DNA from: an uncultured Bacillota bacterium
Lineage (GTDB): Bacteria; Sysuimicrobiota; Sysuimicrobiia; Sysuimicrobiales; Segetimicrobiaceae
Reading direction: 5' to 3'
Assembly (NCBI GenBank): GCA_963804645.1
Contig: CAWDRG010000005.1
Coordinates: 32,001-96,000, forward strand
DNA length: 64,000 nucleotides
Every line of letters begins with the position of its first letter. Within the stretch, counting starts at the first letter, position 1. The position numbers and the translations under genes were made by a program. Shown here one piece after another: positions 49,777 to 59,886 of the stretch. The notes beneath the pieces are model-generated. The model searched no databases, was not told the origin of the DNA, and saw nothing but the letters and a program-made list of their open reading frames with translations.

Positions 49777-52700
49777 GTGCTGAGCCAGTTCTTCATCCGC
49801 CGCCCGATCTTCGCGATCTCGATCGCGCTGGTCGTGGTCCTCGTGGGGGCGCTCTCGTACGCGTCGCTCCCCCGGGAGCAGTATCCCAACATCAGCCCGC
49901 CCACGGTGACCGTGTCGACCACCTACGTCGGCGCGAACGCCGAGGTGGTGGCGCAGAACGTCGCCGTGCCGATCGAAGAAGCGATCAACGGCGTTCCGAA
50001 TATGCTGTACATGCAGTCGACGAGCTCCGCGGCGGGCGGGTATTCCTTGACCGCGACATTTGCCCTGGGCACTGACCCCGATCTCGATGCGGTGGCCATT
50101 CAGAACCGCGTGAGCCAGGCGGCCGGCAACCTGCCGGCGGCCGTGAACAACTTCGGCGTCACGGTGCGCAAGGCGTCCCCGAACTTCCTGATGGCGTTCG
50201 CGGTGTATTCGCCGAACGACAGCTACGACCCGATCTTTCTCAGCAACTACGTGCTGCTGCACGTCCTCGATCCGCTGCTGCGCGTCCCCGGGGTCGGCGA
50301 CAGCCTCGTGTTTCCCGAACAGAACTACGCGATCCGCGCGTGGCTCCGACCGGACGCGCTCGCGGCGCTGGGCCTGACGGCCGCCGACGTCTCGACCGCG
50401 ATCCAGTCGCAGAACGTTGTCGCGCCCGCGGGGTCGCTCGGCGAGCCGCCCGTGCCGAACCGGAACGCCTCGTTTCAGTACACGGTCAACGCCGCGGGGC
50501 AGCTGACCACGGCGGACGAGTACGCGCGCATGGTCATCAAGACGCTCCCGGACGGGAGCGTCGTCCGGCTGCAGGACGTCGCACGCACCGAGCTCGGCGC
50601 GCAGGATTACAGCACGTACGGCCTCCGGAATCACCACCCGGCGGCGATCATCCTGCTGCTGCAGAGCCCCGGGTCGAACGCGCTCAACGCCTCCCATGGC
50701 CTGCGCCAGGTCATGGCCGACGTCGCAAAGACGTTCCCGCCCGGGCTGACGTACGACGTCGCCTTCGACTCGACCACCTTCATCACGGCCGCGCTCAACG
50801 ACGTGACCCGGACGCTGGTCCTGTCGTTTTGCTTGGTGCTGCTGGTCGTCTTCATCTTCCTCGGGAACGCGCGCGCGTCGCTGATCCCGATGGCGGCGGT
50901 GCCGGTCGCGCTGATCGGCACGTTCGGCGCGTTCACCGCGATGGGCTTCACCATCAACATCCTGACGATGTTCGCGATGGTGCTGGCGATCGGGCTCGTG
51001 GTGGACGACGCGATCGTCGTCGTCGAGGCGGTGGAACGCCAGATCGAAGGCGGACTCGCCCCCATGGCGGCCGCGGATGCCGCGATGAAGATGGTCTCCA
51101 GCCCGGTGATCGCGATCGCCCTCGTGCTCGACGCGGTGTTCATTCCGAGCGCCTTCATCGGCGGCATCAGCGGCCAGCTCTACCGGCAGTTCGCGCTGAC
51201 CCTCGCCGTGGCCGTGACGCTGTCGGCCTTCGTCGCGCTGACGCTCACCCCCGCGCTCTGCGCGGCGCTGCTGCGTCCTCACGGCGAGCCCCGCAACCCG
51301 CTCGACCGCCTGCTGGCGGCGTTCAACCGGATGTTCACCCGGATCACCGAGACGTACGTGCGGCTCGTGCGGGTCGCGATCCGCTTGCGCTGGGTCGTGC
51401 TCGCGTCGATGATCCTGGTCGCGTGGATGACCTTCCAGCTGCTGCACATGCTGCCCTCGACGTTCGTGCCGCTCGAGGACCAAGGGTTCTTCGTCGCGTC
51501 GTTCCGGCTCCCGGACGGGGCCTCGCAGGCCCGCGCCGAGGCGCTCGCCACGCAGGCGATCACCCAGTTGCTGAAAATTCCCGGCGTGGACGCAGTCACC
51601 ACCGTGGGCGGCTACGATCTCCTCAGCCAGTCGATCAACTCGAACACGCTGGCCATGTTCGTGACGCTGAAGCCCTGGGACGAGCGGCGGTCGCCCCAAA
51701 CCCAGCTGTTCCCGATCCTGTTGCGCGCGAACGCCGTGGTCGCGAGCTATCCGCAGGCGATCGCGTTCGCGTTTCCGCTCCCGCCGATCCCGGGGGTCGG
51801 GGCGGTGAACGGCTTCCAGTTCATCACCGAGGACCTGAACGGCACGGGCCAGGCGGACGCGCTGGCGCGCGTGGCCCAGTCCATGGTCGCCGCGGCGAGC
51901 AAGCAGCCCGCGATCACGTCGGTCTCCACGAGCTTCCGGACGACGGTGCCGCAGTATAACGTCGACATCAACCGGGACAAAGCCGCGACGCTCGGCGTGT
52001 CCGTGGACAGCATCCTCGAAAATCTCGGGGCGTTCCTCGGCGGGATCCAGGTCAACAACGTCACCCTGTTCGGCCGCGTCTACAAGACGATGATCCAGGC
52101 CGAGCCGGCCTTCCGGACGGTGCCGTCGGACATCGGAGATCTGTACGTGCGGAGCACGGCCGGCGCCATGATCCCGCTGAACACCCTGGTGACGGTCGCG
52201 CCCGGAACCGGACCGAACCTCGTGTCCCGCTACAACGGCTACTACGCCGCCGAAATCGACGGACAGGCGCCGTTCGGCCAGAGCTCCGCCAAGGCGATCA
52301 CCGCGATGGAAGGCGTCGCCAAGACGACCCTCCCCGCGGGGTACGGCTACGAGTGGACCGGACTGGCGCGGCAGGAACAGGAGGCCGGAGGGTCGCAGGC
52401 GCTCGCGTTCGTCCTCGCGCTGGTCCTGGTGTTCCTGCTGCTCGCGGCCCTGTACGAGAGTTGGAGCATCCCGCTGAGCGTGCTGCTCGGGGTGCCGCTC
52501 GCGGCGTTCGGGTCGCTGTTCGCGATCCTCCTGCGCGGGATCCTCCTCCGGGACGTGCTGAGCGACGTGTACGTCCAGATCGGGCTCGTGATGCTGGTCG
52601 GGCTCGCGGCGAAGAACGCGATCCTGATCGTGGAATTCGCCAAAGCCAAGCACGATGACGAAGGCATGTCCTTCATCGATGCCGCGATCGCGGGCGCCCG

Positions 52701-53049
52701 CCTGCGCTACCGGCCGATCGTCATGACGTCGATGACGTTCATCGTGGCGGCGATGTCGCTGGTGATCGCGACCGGGCCCGGCGCCAACTCGCGGCACTCG
52801 CTCGGCACCAGCGTCGTCGGCGGGATGACCGTGGCCACGGCCTTCGGGGTCTTCGTGATCCCCGCCCTCTACGTCCTGATGGCCGGGCGCGATCGACGCG
52901 CCGCGAAGAGCCCCCGCTGCCCGCAGCACCTGCCGCGGAGCCGGTCCGGAGGACACGGACTCCCAAGCAGCAATCGGAGGACGTATTCCATAACACACCG
53001 GCCGGAGCCGAACGAAACAATGTTCCTGAGACCCCGCGCATTGAGGTAG
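49777..53049 (+). CDS. RND efflux permease (HAE1); extreme C-terminus aberrant
   Basis: FFIRRPIFA, GLVVDDAIVVVE, KNAILIVEFA and RPIVMTS motifs. The last ~50 aa read through unrelated sequence. Confidence 0.92.
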   Translation: MLSQFFIRRPIFAISIALVVVLVGALSYASLPREQYPNISPPTVTVSTTYVGANAEVVAQNVAVPIEEAINGVPNMLYMQSTSSAAGGYSLTATFALGTDPDLDAVAIQNRVSQAAGNLPAAVNNFGVTVRKASPNFLMAFAVYSPNDSYDPIFLSNYVLLHVLDPLLRVPGVGDSLVFPEQNYAIRAWLRPDALAALGLTAADVSTAIQSQNVVAPAGSLGEPPVPNRNASFQYTVNAAGQLTTADEYARMVIKTLPDGSVVRLQDVARTELGAQDYSTYGLRNHHPAAIILLLQSPGSNALNASHGLRQVMADVAKTFPPGLTYDVAFDSTTFITAALNDVTRTLVLSFCLVLLVVFIFLGNARASLIPMAAVPVALIGTFGAFTAMGFTINILTMFAMVLAIGLVVDDAIVVVEAVERQIEGGLAPMAAADAAMKMVSSPVIAIALVLDAVFIPSAFIGGISGQLYRQFALTLAVAVTLSAFVALTLTPALCAALLRPHGEPRNPLDRLLAAFNRMFTRITETYVRLVRVAIRLRWVVLASMILVAWMTFQLLHMLPSTFVPLEDQGFFVASFRLPDGASQARAEALATQAITQLLKIPGVDAVTTVGGYDLLSQSINSNTLAMFVTLKPWDERRSPQTQLFPILLRANAVVASYPQAIAFAFPLPPIPGVGAVNGFQFITEDLNGTGQADALARVAQSMVAAASKQPAITSVSTSFRTTVPQYNVDINRDKAATLGVSVDSILENLGAFLGGIQVNNVTLFGRVYKTMIQAEPAFRTVPSDIGDLYVRSTAGAMIPLNTLVTVAPGTGPNLVSRYNGYYAAEIDGQAPFGQSSAKAITAMEGVAKTTLPAGYGYEWTGLARQEQEAGGSQALAFVLALVLVFLLLAALYESWSIPLSVLLGVPLAAFGSLFAILLRGILLRDVLSDVYVQIGLVMLVGLAAKNAILIVEFAKAKHDDEGMSFIDAAIAGARLRYRPIVMTSMTFIVAAMSLVIATGPGANSRHSLGTSVVGGMTVATAFGVFVIPALYVLMAGRDRRAAKSPRCPQHLPRSRSGGHGLPSSNRRTYSITHRPEPNETMFLRPRALR

Positions 53050-53249
53050 TCGATCAGAAAACCCAGGGCCCCAAGCTTCTTGGTATTCCCCAGTTCAAGA
53101 TCCCACCGAATCAAGTCCGCTTTAGATTGGATGCCAAAGGCTTCATGTCTCGTAAGTAAGCTGTACTCCTCAGACGAAAAGATGCTCTCAGGATTCATAG
53201 CGCGCAGCAGATCGTCCCGATGGCTGCGCGTATACGCTCTAAATCTCAC
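52960..53249 (-). pseudogene. Truncated class I SAM methyltransferase-like gene fragment (A/T-richer DNA)
   Basis: MRFRAY...NIVSFGSGRCVMEYVL resembles SAM motif I. The ORF runs into the antisense strand of the RND 3' end. Confidence 0.45.
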
Positions 53250-53341
53250 TCCCCGCCCCCGGAGGAGAGAGTCAAACCTATCTCCCCTTAGCGCGCTTTT
53301 CGGTGTCTCGGCCGCCGTCCCTGCGTATCTGCGCGGCGGCT

Positions 53342-53743
53342 CTACGTGGGGACGTGGAAAAGCAAACGGGGCGCTAATCGCCGAGCGCGTTCGTGCCGGG
53401 GATGGAGCCAAGGCACGACACCCGATAGCACCCCCCCGGCCGGGCCTAGCCGGCTGCCCGGTAACCCGCCGCGGAGGACACAACGCCCAAGCAGCCGTAA
53501 CGGCGCCGAGGACTTCGGCGCAGCATTCGCGGTTCGTGCAGACGGAAGAAAGGACGCGATCTCGTGGGTTTGTTTGCACAGTGTCATCGCTGTCTGGTAC
53601 TTGGCCCGGCACTCACTTACTTGCTCGGCGTTACCGGCGGCGAGCGTCAGATTGGTCATGAGAGCACTGGTCGCGCCGATGACGCACTGCTGAAAGGCGG
53701 TGTCGCACGCCTTGCCGGCAAGATCTCGCTGTCCATTTGGCAT
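53342..53743 (-). CDS. Small hypothetical Cys-containing protein
   Basis: GGAGG 6 nt before the ATG. The first ~65 aa look helical with C-x6-C and C-x10-C. The tail is low-confidence. Confidence 0.5.
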   Translation of the reverse strand: MPNGQRDLAGKACDTAFQQCVIGATSALMTNLTLAAGNAEQVSECRAKYQTAMTLCKQTHEIASFLPSARTANAAPKSSAPLRLLGRCVLRGGLPGSRLGPAGGVLSGVVPWLHPRHERARRLAPRLLFHVPT

Positions 53744-53964
53744 TCTGCTCCTCCAGCACTCGAGTGATCGAGACGTATCGCCGCGGGTCCGGTCACGGCG
53801 ACGCGAAGTTCTCTGCGGGCGCCGCGCCCCTTTGCAACGTCGCTCGGCCGCTCAGGTCCCGACCCCTGCGGAGAGGCGCGTCCCGGGCCGTCAGCGCCGT
53901 TTGCCCGGACGCCGCGCCGCCAGGATTCGACCCGACACGGTGCGAACTCGTTCGGGTGCCGCCG

Positions 53965-54564
53965 ATGTCGATCTCCCGCCTCACGCTCGCTCTCGCGCTG
54001 TTCGTGGTGTGCACCGTGTTTGCGGTGCTTCCGGTCAGCGCGCGGTTCGACCGGCAGGCCGCGATGTGGATCCAGCGCGCCGCGCCCGCCGCGGACGTCC
54101 CCGCGGCCGCGCTCGTGTTCCTCGCGGACGCCGAGGTCATCGGCCCCGGCCTCGTCGTCGCCGGATTGATCTTGCTGGCGCGCCGGGACCGCCGCCGCGC
54201 GTGGCAGCTGCTGTGGCTCGCCGCAGCCACGGCCGGCGTGAGCCTGTTGGCGGTCGTCCTCAAGCACGTCATTCCGCATCCCGGTCCGCCGCCGGCGTTC
54301 GTCCGACACATCGGACGCCCGGTCGTGAACATCCATAACACGCCGTACGGATATCCCTCGGGACATACAATGCGGACGACGCTGCTGGCCGGCACGCTGC
54401 TGCGCGGCGCCCCGGTGGCGGCCGCGGCCTTGGTCATCGCGATGATGGCGTCGCTCGTATATCTCGGCGACCATTGGACGACCGAAGTGCTCGGCGGACT
54501 GTGCCTCGGATGGGCGTGCGTCGAGCTCGTCCGCGGTGCGGCGGCGCGGTTCGGGCTAGGCTAG
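53965..54564 (+). CDS. PAP2 family membrane phosphatase
   Basis: LKHVIPHPGP, YPSGH and HWTTEVLGG motifs with several TMs. Confidence 0.85.
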   Translation: MSISRLTLALALFVVCTVFAVLPVSARFDRQAAMWIQRAAPAADVPAAALVFLADAEVIGPGLVVAGLILLARRDRRRAWQLLWLAAATAGVSLLAVVLKHVIPHPGPPPAFVRHIGRPVVNIHNTPYGYPSGHTMRTTLLAGTLLRGAPVAAAALVIAMMASLVYLGDHWTTEVLGGLCLGWACVELVRGAAARFGLG

Positions 54565-55530
54565 CTCGATCTCCGAACTATCCCCGAGGTTGATGCGGCC
54601 GCGGCGGCCGGTCGCCACCGCGTTCTCACCGATGATCGAATGCTCAAGCAGGACCTGCTCGACCCGCGCGTTCGCGTTGATGATGCTGTCCTGGATCACG
54701 GCGTTGACGACGCGCGCGTCCTCGCCGACCGTCACGTAGGGCCCGATCACCGAACTCTCCACGGTCGCCGTCTCGGCGATGAACGACGGGGGAATGATCA
54801 CCGACCCGGGCACCGACGGCGCCACCGGCGAACGCTCGAGCAGCGCGTGATTGGCCCGCAACAGCGCCTCCGGGGTGCCGCAGTCGTACCAGCGGCTGAC
54901 CGGAAACGTCCCCAACTTCTCGCCCGCGTCGATCATCAGCTGCAGCGCGTCGGCCAGCCAGTACTCGCCGTTGACGACGTGCCGCTCCCCGACGAGGCGC
55001 TCGAGCGCCGTCCGGAACGGCCGAGGGTGCTGGATCATGTACACGCCGACGACCGCGAGATCGCTCGGCGGCGCCGCGGGCTTCTCCCAGAGGCGCCGCA
55101 CGTAGCCGTCCGCGTCTACCTCGACGACGCCGAACGAGCGAGGGTCGTCCACGCGATGCACGCCGATCGACGACACCGGAAGACGCACGGCAGCGTGCAG
55201 ATCGGCCTCCACGATCGTATCGCCAAACACGATCAGCGTCGGCTCGGTGAGGTGCTCGCGCGCCACGTAGATCGCGTGGCCGTTGCCCATCGGTTCGTCT
55301 TGGTACACGAAGTGCGCCCGGAACCCGTACCGCTCCTTGACGAACTCCTCCACCTTCTCGGCGAGGTAGCCGACCACGAACACGATCTCCTCGACCCCGA
55401 GTTCTTTGAGATCGTCGAGGATGTACGCGAGGATCGCCTTGCCGGCGACGTTCATCAGCACTTTCGGCTGGGTGTGCGTGTGCGGACGCAGGCGCTTGCC
55501 CTGGCCCGCCACCGGGATGATGGCCTTCAT
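54556..55530 (-). CDS. Sugar-phosphate nucleotidyltransferase (Glc-1-P thymidylyltransferase-like)
   Basis: IPVAGQGKRLRPHT..PK, FGDT, FGVV, EKP, WYDCG and a hexapeptide-like tail. Confidence 0.9.
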   Translation of the reverse strand: MKAIIPVAGQGKRLRPHTHTQPKVLMNVAGKAILAYILDDLKELGVEEIVFVVGYLAEKVEEFVKERYGFRAHFVYQDEPMGNGHAIYVAREHLTEPTLIVFGDTIVEADLHAAVRLPVSSIGVHRVDDPRSFGVVEVDADGYVRRLWEKPAAPPSDLAVVGVYMIQHPRPFRTALERLVGERHVVNGEYWLADALQLMIDAGEKLGTFPVSRWYDCGTPEALLRANHALLERSPVAPSVPGSVIIPPSFIAETATVESSVIGPYVTVGEDARVVNAVIQDSIINANARVEQVLLEHSIIGENAVATGRRGRINLGDSSEIELA

Positions 55531-56975
55531 CGAGACGCCTCCTGTTGCTTCGGGGTCGGTGACCGTCCCGCCGCGATCGGGATGGGAACGTCGCGCGCGG
55601 CGGCCGCCCGCGCCCCACGGGTACGAATCAAGAACTCCACGACCGCATACAGCACAAACGCTTGAATCACGCCGCCCATGACCAGGCTCAGATCCGACTC
55701 CGTCACGGCCGCGGTCCCCACCACCACGACTCCCAGCATAATATTCCCCGGGGCCCCGCTGTCCCCCACCCCGTAGCGCCACAGCAGGCGCAGCACCAGG
55801 CCGACGAACACGGCCGACCCGACGATCCCCCACCAGCCCCAGTTCATCCATCCCTCGGTGATGATCGGAAGATTATAACTGCCCGAGGTGTCGTCGGGCG
55901 TGATCAGGTCGTAGCGGTGCCCGTAATACTGGCCGGCGTTGTCGGACGGCCGGGTGGGCCAGAGGAGCCGCGGCACGAGCTTCGACTCAAGCGGCACGTA
56001 GGTCGCCCCGCGAGCGTAGGGAATCTGCGACGGGGTCATGCTGACGACGTACGCGAAATCGGACAGGCGGTTGATCCGGCCGATAACGCGCTCAATCGCG
56101 TACACCCAGAACAGCGGGATCCGTCCGGCCCGCAGATGGAACCGGAACCCCTGATTCCACAGATCGAAGTCTGCTGGCACCCTATGCTCGACCGTGCCCA
56201 CACCCCCGAGTACCTCATGCATATCGCCGCCCATCGGGCGGAAGGGGTTCGCGCCGATCGACGACCGGATGTACGGCCCGTTGAACACCGCCTGGCGCAG
56301 CACGAGCTTCACCGGATACGACGCGACGAGGAAGGCGACCAGCAGCACCCCCACCGCCAGCTGACGGCGCCCAGGCATGCGCATCGCGCAGAGGCCGTAC
56401 AGGATCGCCAGCCCGCTCACGGCCGCCGGCATCAGCTTCGAGAACAGGACCGGCACGAGAAGCGCGGTGGCCAGATCGACGAACAGCAGCGCCGGCACCA
56501 GGAACCTGAACGCGGTCGAGGCCGGCGCGCGTCCGCGGCCGCGCAGCACCAACAGACCAAGGATGAATGCAACCGTCGGTGCGAACGCCGCGAGATGCAC
56601 GAATTCCTCGAACCCCGGCGGCATCTCCCACAGCGCGTGGACGATCGCCGCGATGCTGCCGAGCACCGAGAAGCCGAGAAACGCGCCCCACAGGGCCTGC
56701 GGCGTCCACTCCCGCGGGGCGGCGCCCCCACCCCGCTGCGGCCACAACACGAGGCCGGCGGCGAGAACGAGCCAAACGATGCTCGCCGCGACGGCCACGA
56801 ACACCGCACGGCCGTCCACATAGACCGCGTAGGTGGCCAGCAGCACCCTCAGCGGCACGCGGTAGAATAGCAGCGGAAGCACGAAGAAGATGACCACGGG
56901 CACAAGAATGTAGAACGCGAACATTCGCTGCGGTCCCGAGACCCGCGGCACCAGGCCCGTCCGCCCCTCACCCAT
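55527..56975 (-). CDS. Multi-pass membrane protein, putative Wzy polymerase or ligase
   Basis: About 10 TMs, a large loop with VPRLLWPTRP, then ITEGWMNWGWWG. Glycan-locus context. Confidence 0.65.
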   Translation of the reverse strand: MGEGRTGLVPRVSGPQRMFAFYILVPVVIFFVLPLLFYRVPLRVLLATYAVYVDGRAVFVAVAASIVWLVLAAGLVLWPQRGGGAAPREWTPQALWGAFLGFSVLGSIAAIVHALWEMPPGFEEFVHLAAFAPTVAFILGLLVLRGRGRAPASTAFRFLVPALLFVDLATALLVPVLFSKLMPAAVSGLAILYGLCAMRMPGRRQLAVGVLLVAFLVASYPVKLVLRQAVFNGPYIRSSIGANPFRPMGGDMHEVLGGVGTVEHRVPADFDLWNQGFRFHLRAGRIPLFWVYAIERVIGRINRLSDFAYVVSMTPSQIPYARGATYVPLESKLVPRLLWPTRPSDNAGQYYGHRYDLITPDDTSGSYNLPIITEGWMNWGWWGIVGSAVFVGLVLRLLWRYGVGDSGAPGNIMLGVVVVGTAAVTESDLSLVMGGVIQAFVLYAVVEFLIRTRGARAAAARDVPIPIAAGRSPTPKQQEASR

Positions 56976-57072
56976 CAGGCCGACCTCTCCGATTCATCGA
57001 TCACCGGGACGGTCATGACATGACGGTATCCCTTCGCGCCGCTCCCGGCCGCCCCTGCTCCTCGCGGACCGA

Positions 57073-58986
57073 TCACGGCAGTGGAGAGACAACATTCGCG
57101 CGGCGCAGCATGAGCTCCGACGGACGATACGTCGGCACCAGCGCCCGGAGGGTGTGGACGATGCCTGCGATATCCCCGGCGTCCGCGCACCGCGCCAGGT
57201 CGTCCACCAGCGGGAACAACGCCGTGGTGTCGGCGGCCACCGCCCCAGGGACGACGAACACGCGGTCGTGACGGGTCGCGGCCGTCCCTTCTTCCGCCGT
57301 CAGCATGTCCTCGTGCTCCTTCTCGCCGGGCTCCGGGTCCGCGAAAATGATCGGGACGTCCCGTTCGGGCTCCAGCCCCGAGAGACGGATCAACTCTTTC
57401 GCGAGGTCGATGACGCGGATCGGTTCGCCCATGTCCAGCGCGAAGATCTCCCCGCCGGCGCCCATCGCGCCGGCCTGCAGCACGAGCAGCACGGCTTCCG
57501 ACGTCGCCATGAAATACCGCCGCATCTCCGGGCCGCGCACCGTGATCGGTTCACCCCGCCGGATGCGCTGCTGGAAAATCGGCACGACGCTGCCGCGGCT
57601 CCCCAAGACGTTGCCAAACCGTACCGCGACGTACCGGGTGGGCCCCTCGGCATTGAGCGCGAGACAGATCTGCTCCGCGACGCGCTTGGTCGCGCCCATC
57701 ACCGAGGTCGGAGCGACCGCCTTATCGCTGGAGATCAGGACGAATTTCTCGACGCCCGCGTCTCGGCTGGCCGTCGCGATCACGAGTGAGCTCAACACGT
57801 TGGTGAAGATCGCCTGCTCGGGGTGGTGTTCCACAAGCCCGACGTGCTTGTACGCGGCGGCGTGGAACACGATCCCAGGCCGATGCTGCGCGAGCATCGC
57901 GCGCACGCGGACCGCGTCCCGCACGTCCAGCAGCACCGCCGTCGCGCGCTGGCCGAGGCGCTGCAGTTCCTGGTGGATCCAGAACAGGTTGGTCTCTTCC
58001 CAGTCGACCACGACGATCTCTCGGGGGTGGAACCGCGCGATCTGCGTGCACAGCTCCGTCCCGATCGAGCCGCCCGCCCCGGTCACGAGCACCGTTTGAT
58101 CGCGCAGCCACGCGTCGACGAGCGTGTCGTCAATCGACACCACGTTGCGGCCGAGCAGATCGATCAACTGCACGTCCGTCAGGTCGGTAAAGCTGATCTC
58201 GCCGTGCAACATCCGGTCGATGCCGGGGACGATGCGGATCTCGCGGACGCCGGCCTCCCGCGCGAGCGACACGACGTTGCGGATCACCCGGGACGGCGCC
58301 GACGGCATCGCGATCAGCACGGCGTCAATCCGATACGTGCGCACGAGCTCGGGCAGGCGGGCTCGATCGCCGAGCACCGGCAGCCCGTAGATCACGGTGC
58401 CAATCTTGCTCGTGCTGTCGTCGATGAAGCCGACCGGCGCGTACTCGGAGCCGACCCCGTGCCGCAGCGATCGCGCTAGCTGTTCGCCGACCACGCCGGC
58501 GCCGACGATGAGGGCACGCGCTTCGCCGAGCGACGCGCGGTGGGTCAGGTGCAGATACACGCGCCGTGCCAGGCGAAACGCGCCGATCGCGTAGAGGGAG
58601 ATCACGTAGTCGAGCAGCAGAATGGAGCGCGAGAACCCCGCGAGCAGCGGGGTGTGCCGCAGCGCGAACGCCGCCAGCCAGAACGCCAGCGTGCCAAGCG
58701 TCACGCCTCGGAACACGACCACCATGTCCTCGAGGCCGACCTGCGACCAGCTCAGGACGTACAGCCGCTGCCAGGCGAACACCGGCATCTTGATCGCCAC
58801 GCTGAGCAGTGCGACCAGAGGGAGCTGCGCCCATGTCTCCGGGGGAATCCGTCCGTCGTAGCGCAGCCACGCCGCCAACACGATGGAGCCCAGCAGCAGG
58901 ACGAGATCACCGACGAGAAAGAAGACCACGCGCACCGTCGGGGTGATCATGTCCTGCACGCGATCGTTCGACAGCGTCCATTTCAT
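57073..58986 (-). CDS. UDP-GlcNAc 4,6-dehydratase (PglF/CapD/WbpM type)
   Basis: 4 N-terminal TMs, then TGAGGSIG, HAAAYKHV, SSDKAV, MGATKR and RFGNVLGSRGSV. Confidence 0.93.
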   Translation of the reverse strand: MKWTLSNDRVQDMITPTVRVVFFLVGDLVLLLGSIVLAAWLRYDGRIPPETWAQLPLVALLSVAIKMPVFAWQRLYVLSWSQVGLEDMVVVFRGVTLGTLAFWLAAFALRHTPLLAGFSRSILLLDYVISLYAIGAFRLARRVYLHLTHRASLGEARALIVGAGVVGEQLARSLRHGVGSEYAPVGFIDDSTSKIGTVIYGLPVLGDRARLPELVRTYRIDAVLIAMPSAPSRVIRNVVSLAREAGVREIRIVPGIDRMLHGEISFTDLTDVQLIDLLGRNVVSIDDTLVDAWLRDQTVLVTGAGGSIGTELCTQIARFHPREIVVVDWEETNLFWIHQELQRLGQRATAVLLDVRDAVRVRAMLAQHRPGIVFHAAAYKHVGLVEHHPEQAIFTNVLSSLVIATASRDAGVEKFVLISSDKAVAPTSVMGATKRVAEQICLALNAEGPTRYVAVRFGNVLGSRGSVVPIFQQRIRRGEPITVRGPEMRRYFMATSEAVLLVLQAGAMGAGGEIFALDMGEPIRVIDLAKELIRLSGLEPERDVPIIFADPEPGEKEHEDMLTAEEGTAATRHDRVFVVPGAVAADTTALFPLVDDLARCADAGDIAGIVHTLRALVPTYRPSELMLRRANVVSPLP

Positions 58987-59759
58987 GGGAGGCGCCCCAC
59001 CGCGTACACCACCTTATACCCGGACGCCGGCTCGGTGTCCCGAAGCGGCACGAGGGCGCCGGGCTCGCCAGCCTCCTCGCCGATGTCCGTGGGAATGGCC
59101 TCGAGCTTTCCGTATACCAGGCGCTTCAGCAGCTCTTTGCCCTTCATCGTCGCTGGAATCAACCGCAGGCGCACCGCGATCCCGCGAGCCCACAGCAGTG
59201 TGCGTCCGGTCAGGCCCGCGGCCTGCACGGGAAATCCCGCGAATGTCTCTGTCGTGAACCCCGCAGAGGCGAGCAGCGCGTGCAGCTCCGGGGCCGAGAA
59301 GTACCGGTGCGAAAACGGGCTCGGGTTGAACCCGTGCCAGTCGCGGTTCGCCGTGCAGATCACGAGGGCGCCGTGCGGCCGGAGCACCCGGCGCGCTTCC
59401 GCAACGAATCGCTCCGGAGCCGCGAGGTAGTATAACGCCTCAAACAGCACCACGACATCGAACGACCGGTCCGCAAACGGGAGGGCGTGGGCATCGAGGC
59501 GCAGCAGGCGGATGCCGTCTCGCGGCTGCCGACCCACGTATTGCAGCACCTCCTCGTCGCGATCGCCGCCGACCACGGTGGCGGCGTACCGGCGCAAGAG
59601 GCTCAGTCCCAGCCCGGCGCCGCAGGCGACCTCGAGCACGTCCTTGTCCCGGCTGAGCCCGGCCGCCAGGTGGTACCGGGTGCGCAGCATGGCGAGCTGC
59701 TCCGCCGTTGCGCCGGCTCCCGGGACTTCGGTGGCCGTGACATAACTCGGTCCGTTCAT
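58983..59759 (-). CDS. Class I SAM-dependent methyltransferase
   Basis: VLEVACGAG, LPFADRSFD and RRVLRPHG motifs. Confidence 0.88.
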   Translation of the reverse strand: MNGPSYVTATEVPGAGATAEQLAMLRTRYHLAAGLSRDKDVLEVACGAGLGLSLLRRYAATVVGGDRDEEVLQYVGRQPRDGIRLLRLDAHALPFADRSFDVVVLFEALYYLAAPERFVAEARRVLRPHGALVICTANRDWHGFNPSPFSHRYFSAPELHALLASAGFTTETFAGFPVQAAGLTGRTLLWARGIAVRLRLIPATMKGKELLKRLVYGKLEAIPTDIGEEAGEPGALVPLRDTEPASGYKVVYAVGRLP

Positions 59760-59886
59760 CGCGTCGAACACACGCGGGATATGCGTTGGGGCCGCAGGCA
59801 GCCTGCGCCCGCTATTACCACAGGTTCGAGTGCGCGCGCGTGCCTCCCTGCCGCACCCGTCCCCTCGGCGGCGTGCGGGAACGGTG

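Noticed and set aside
53943..53954. LexA-like box before the PAP2 gene (CGAAC-TC-GTTCG)
   Set aside because: The spacer is 2 nt rather than 4 nt.
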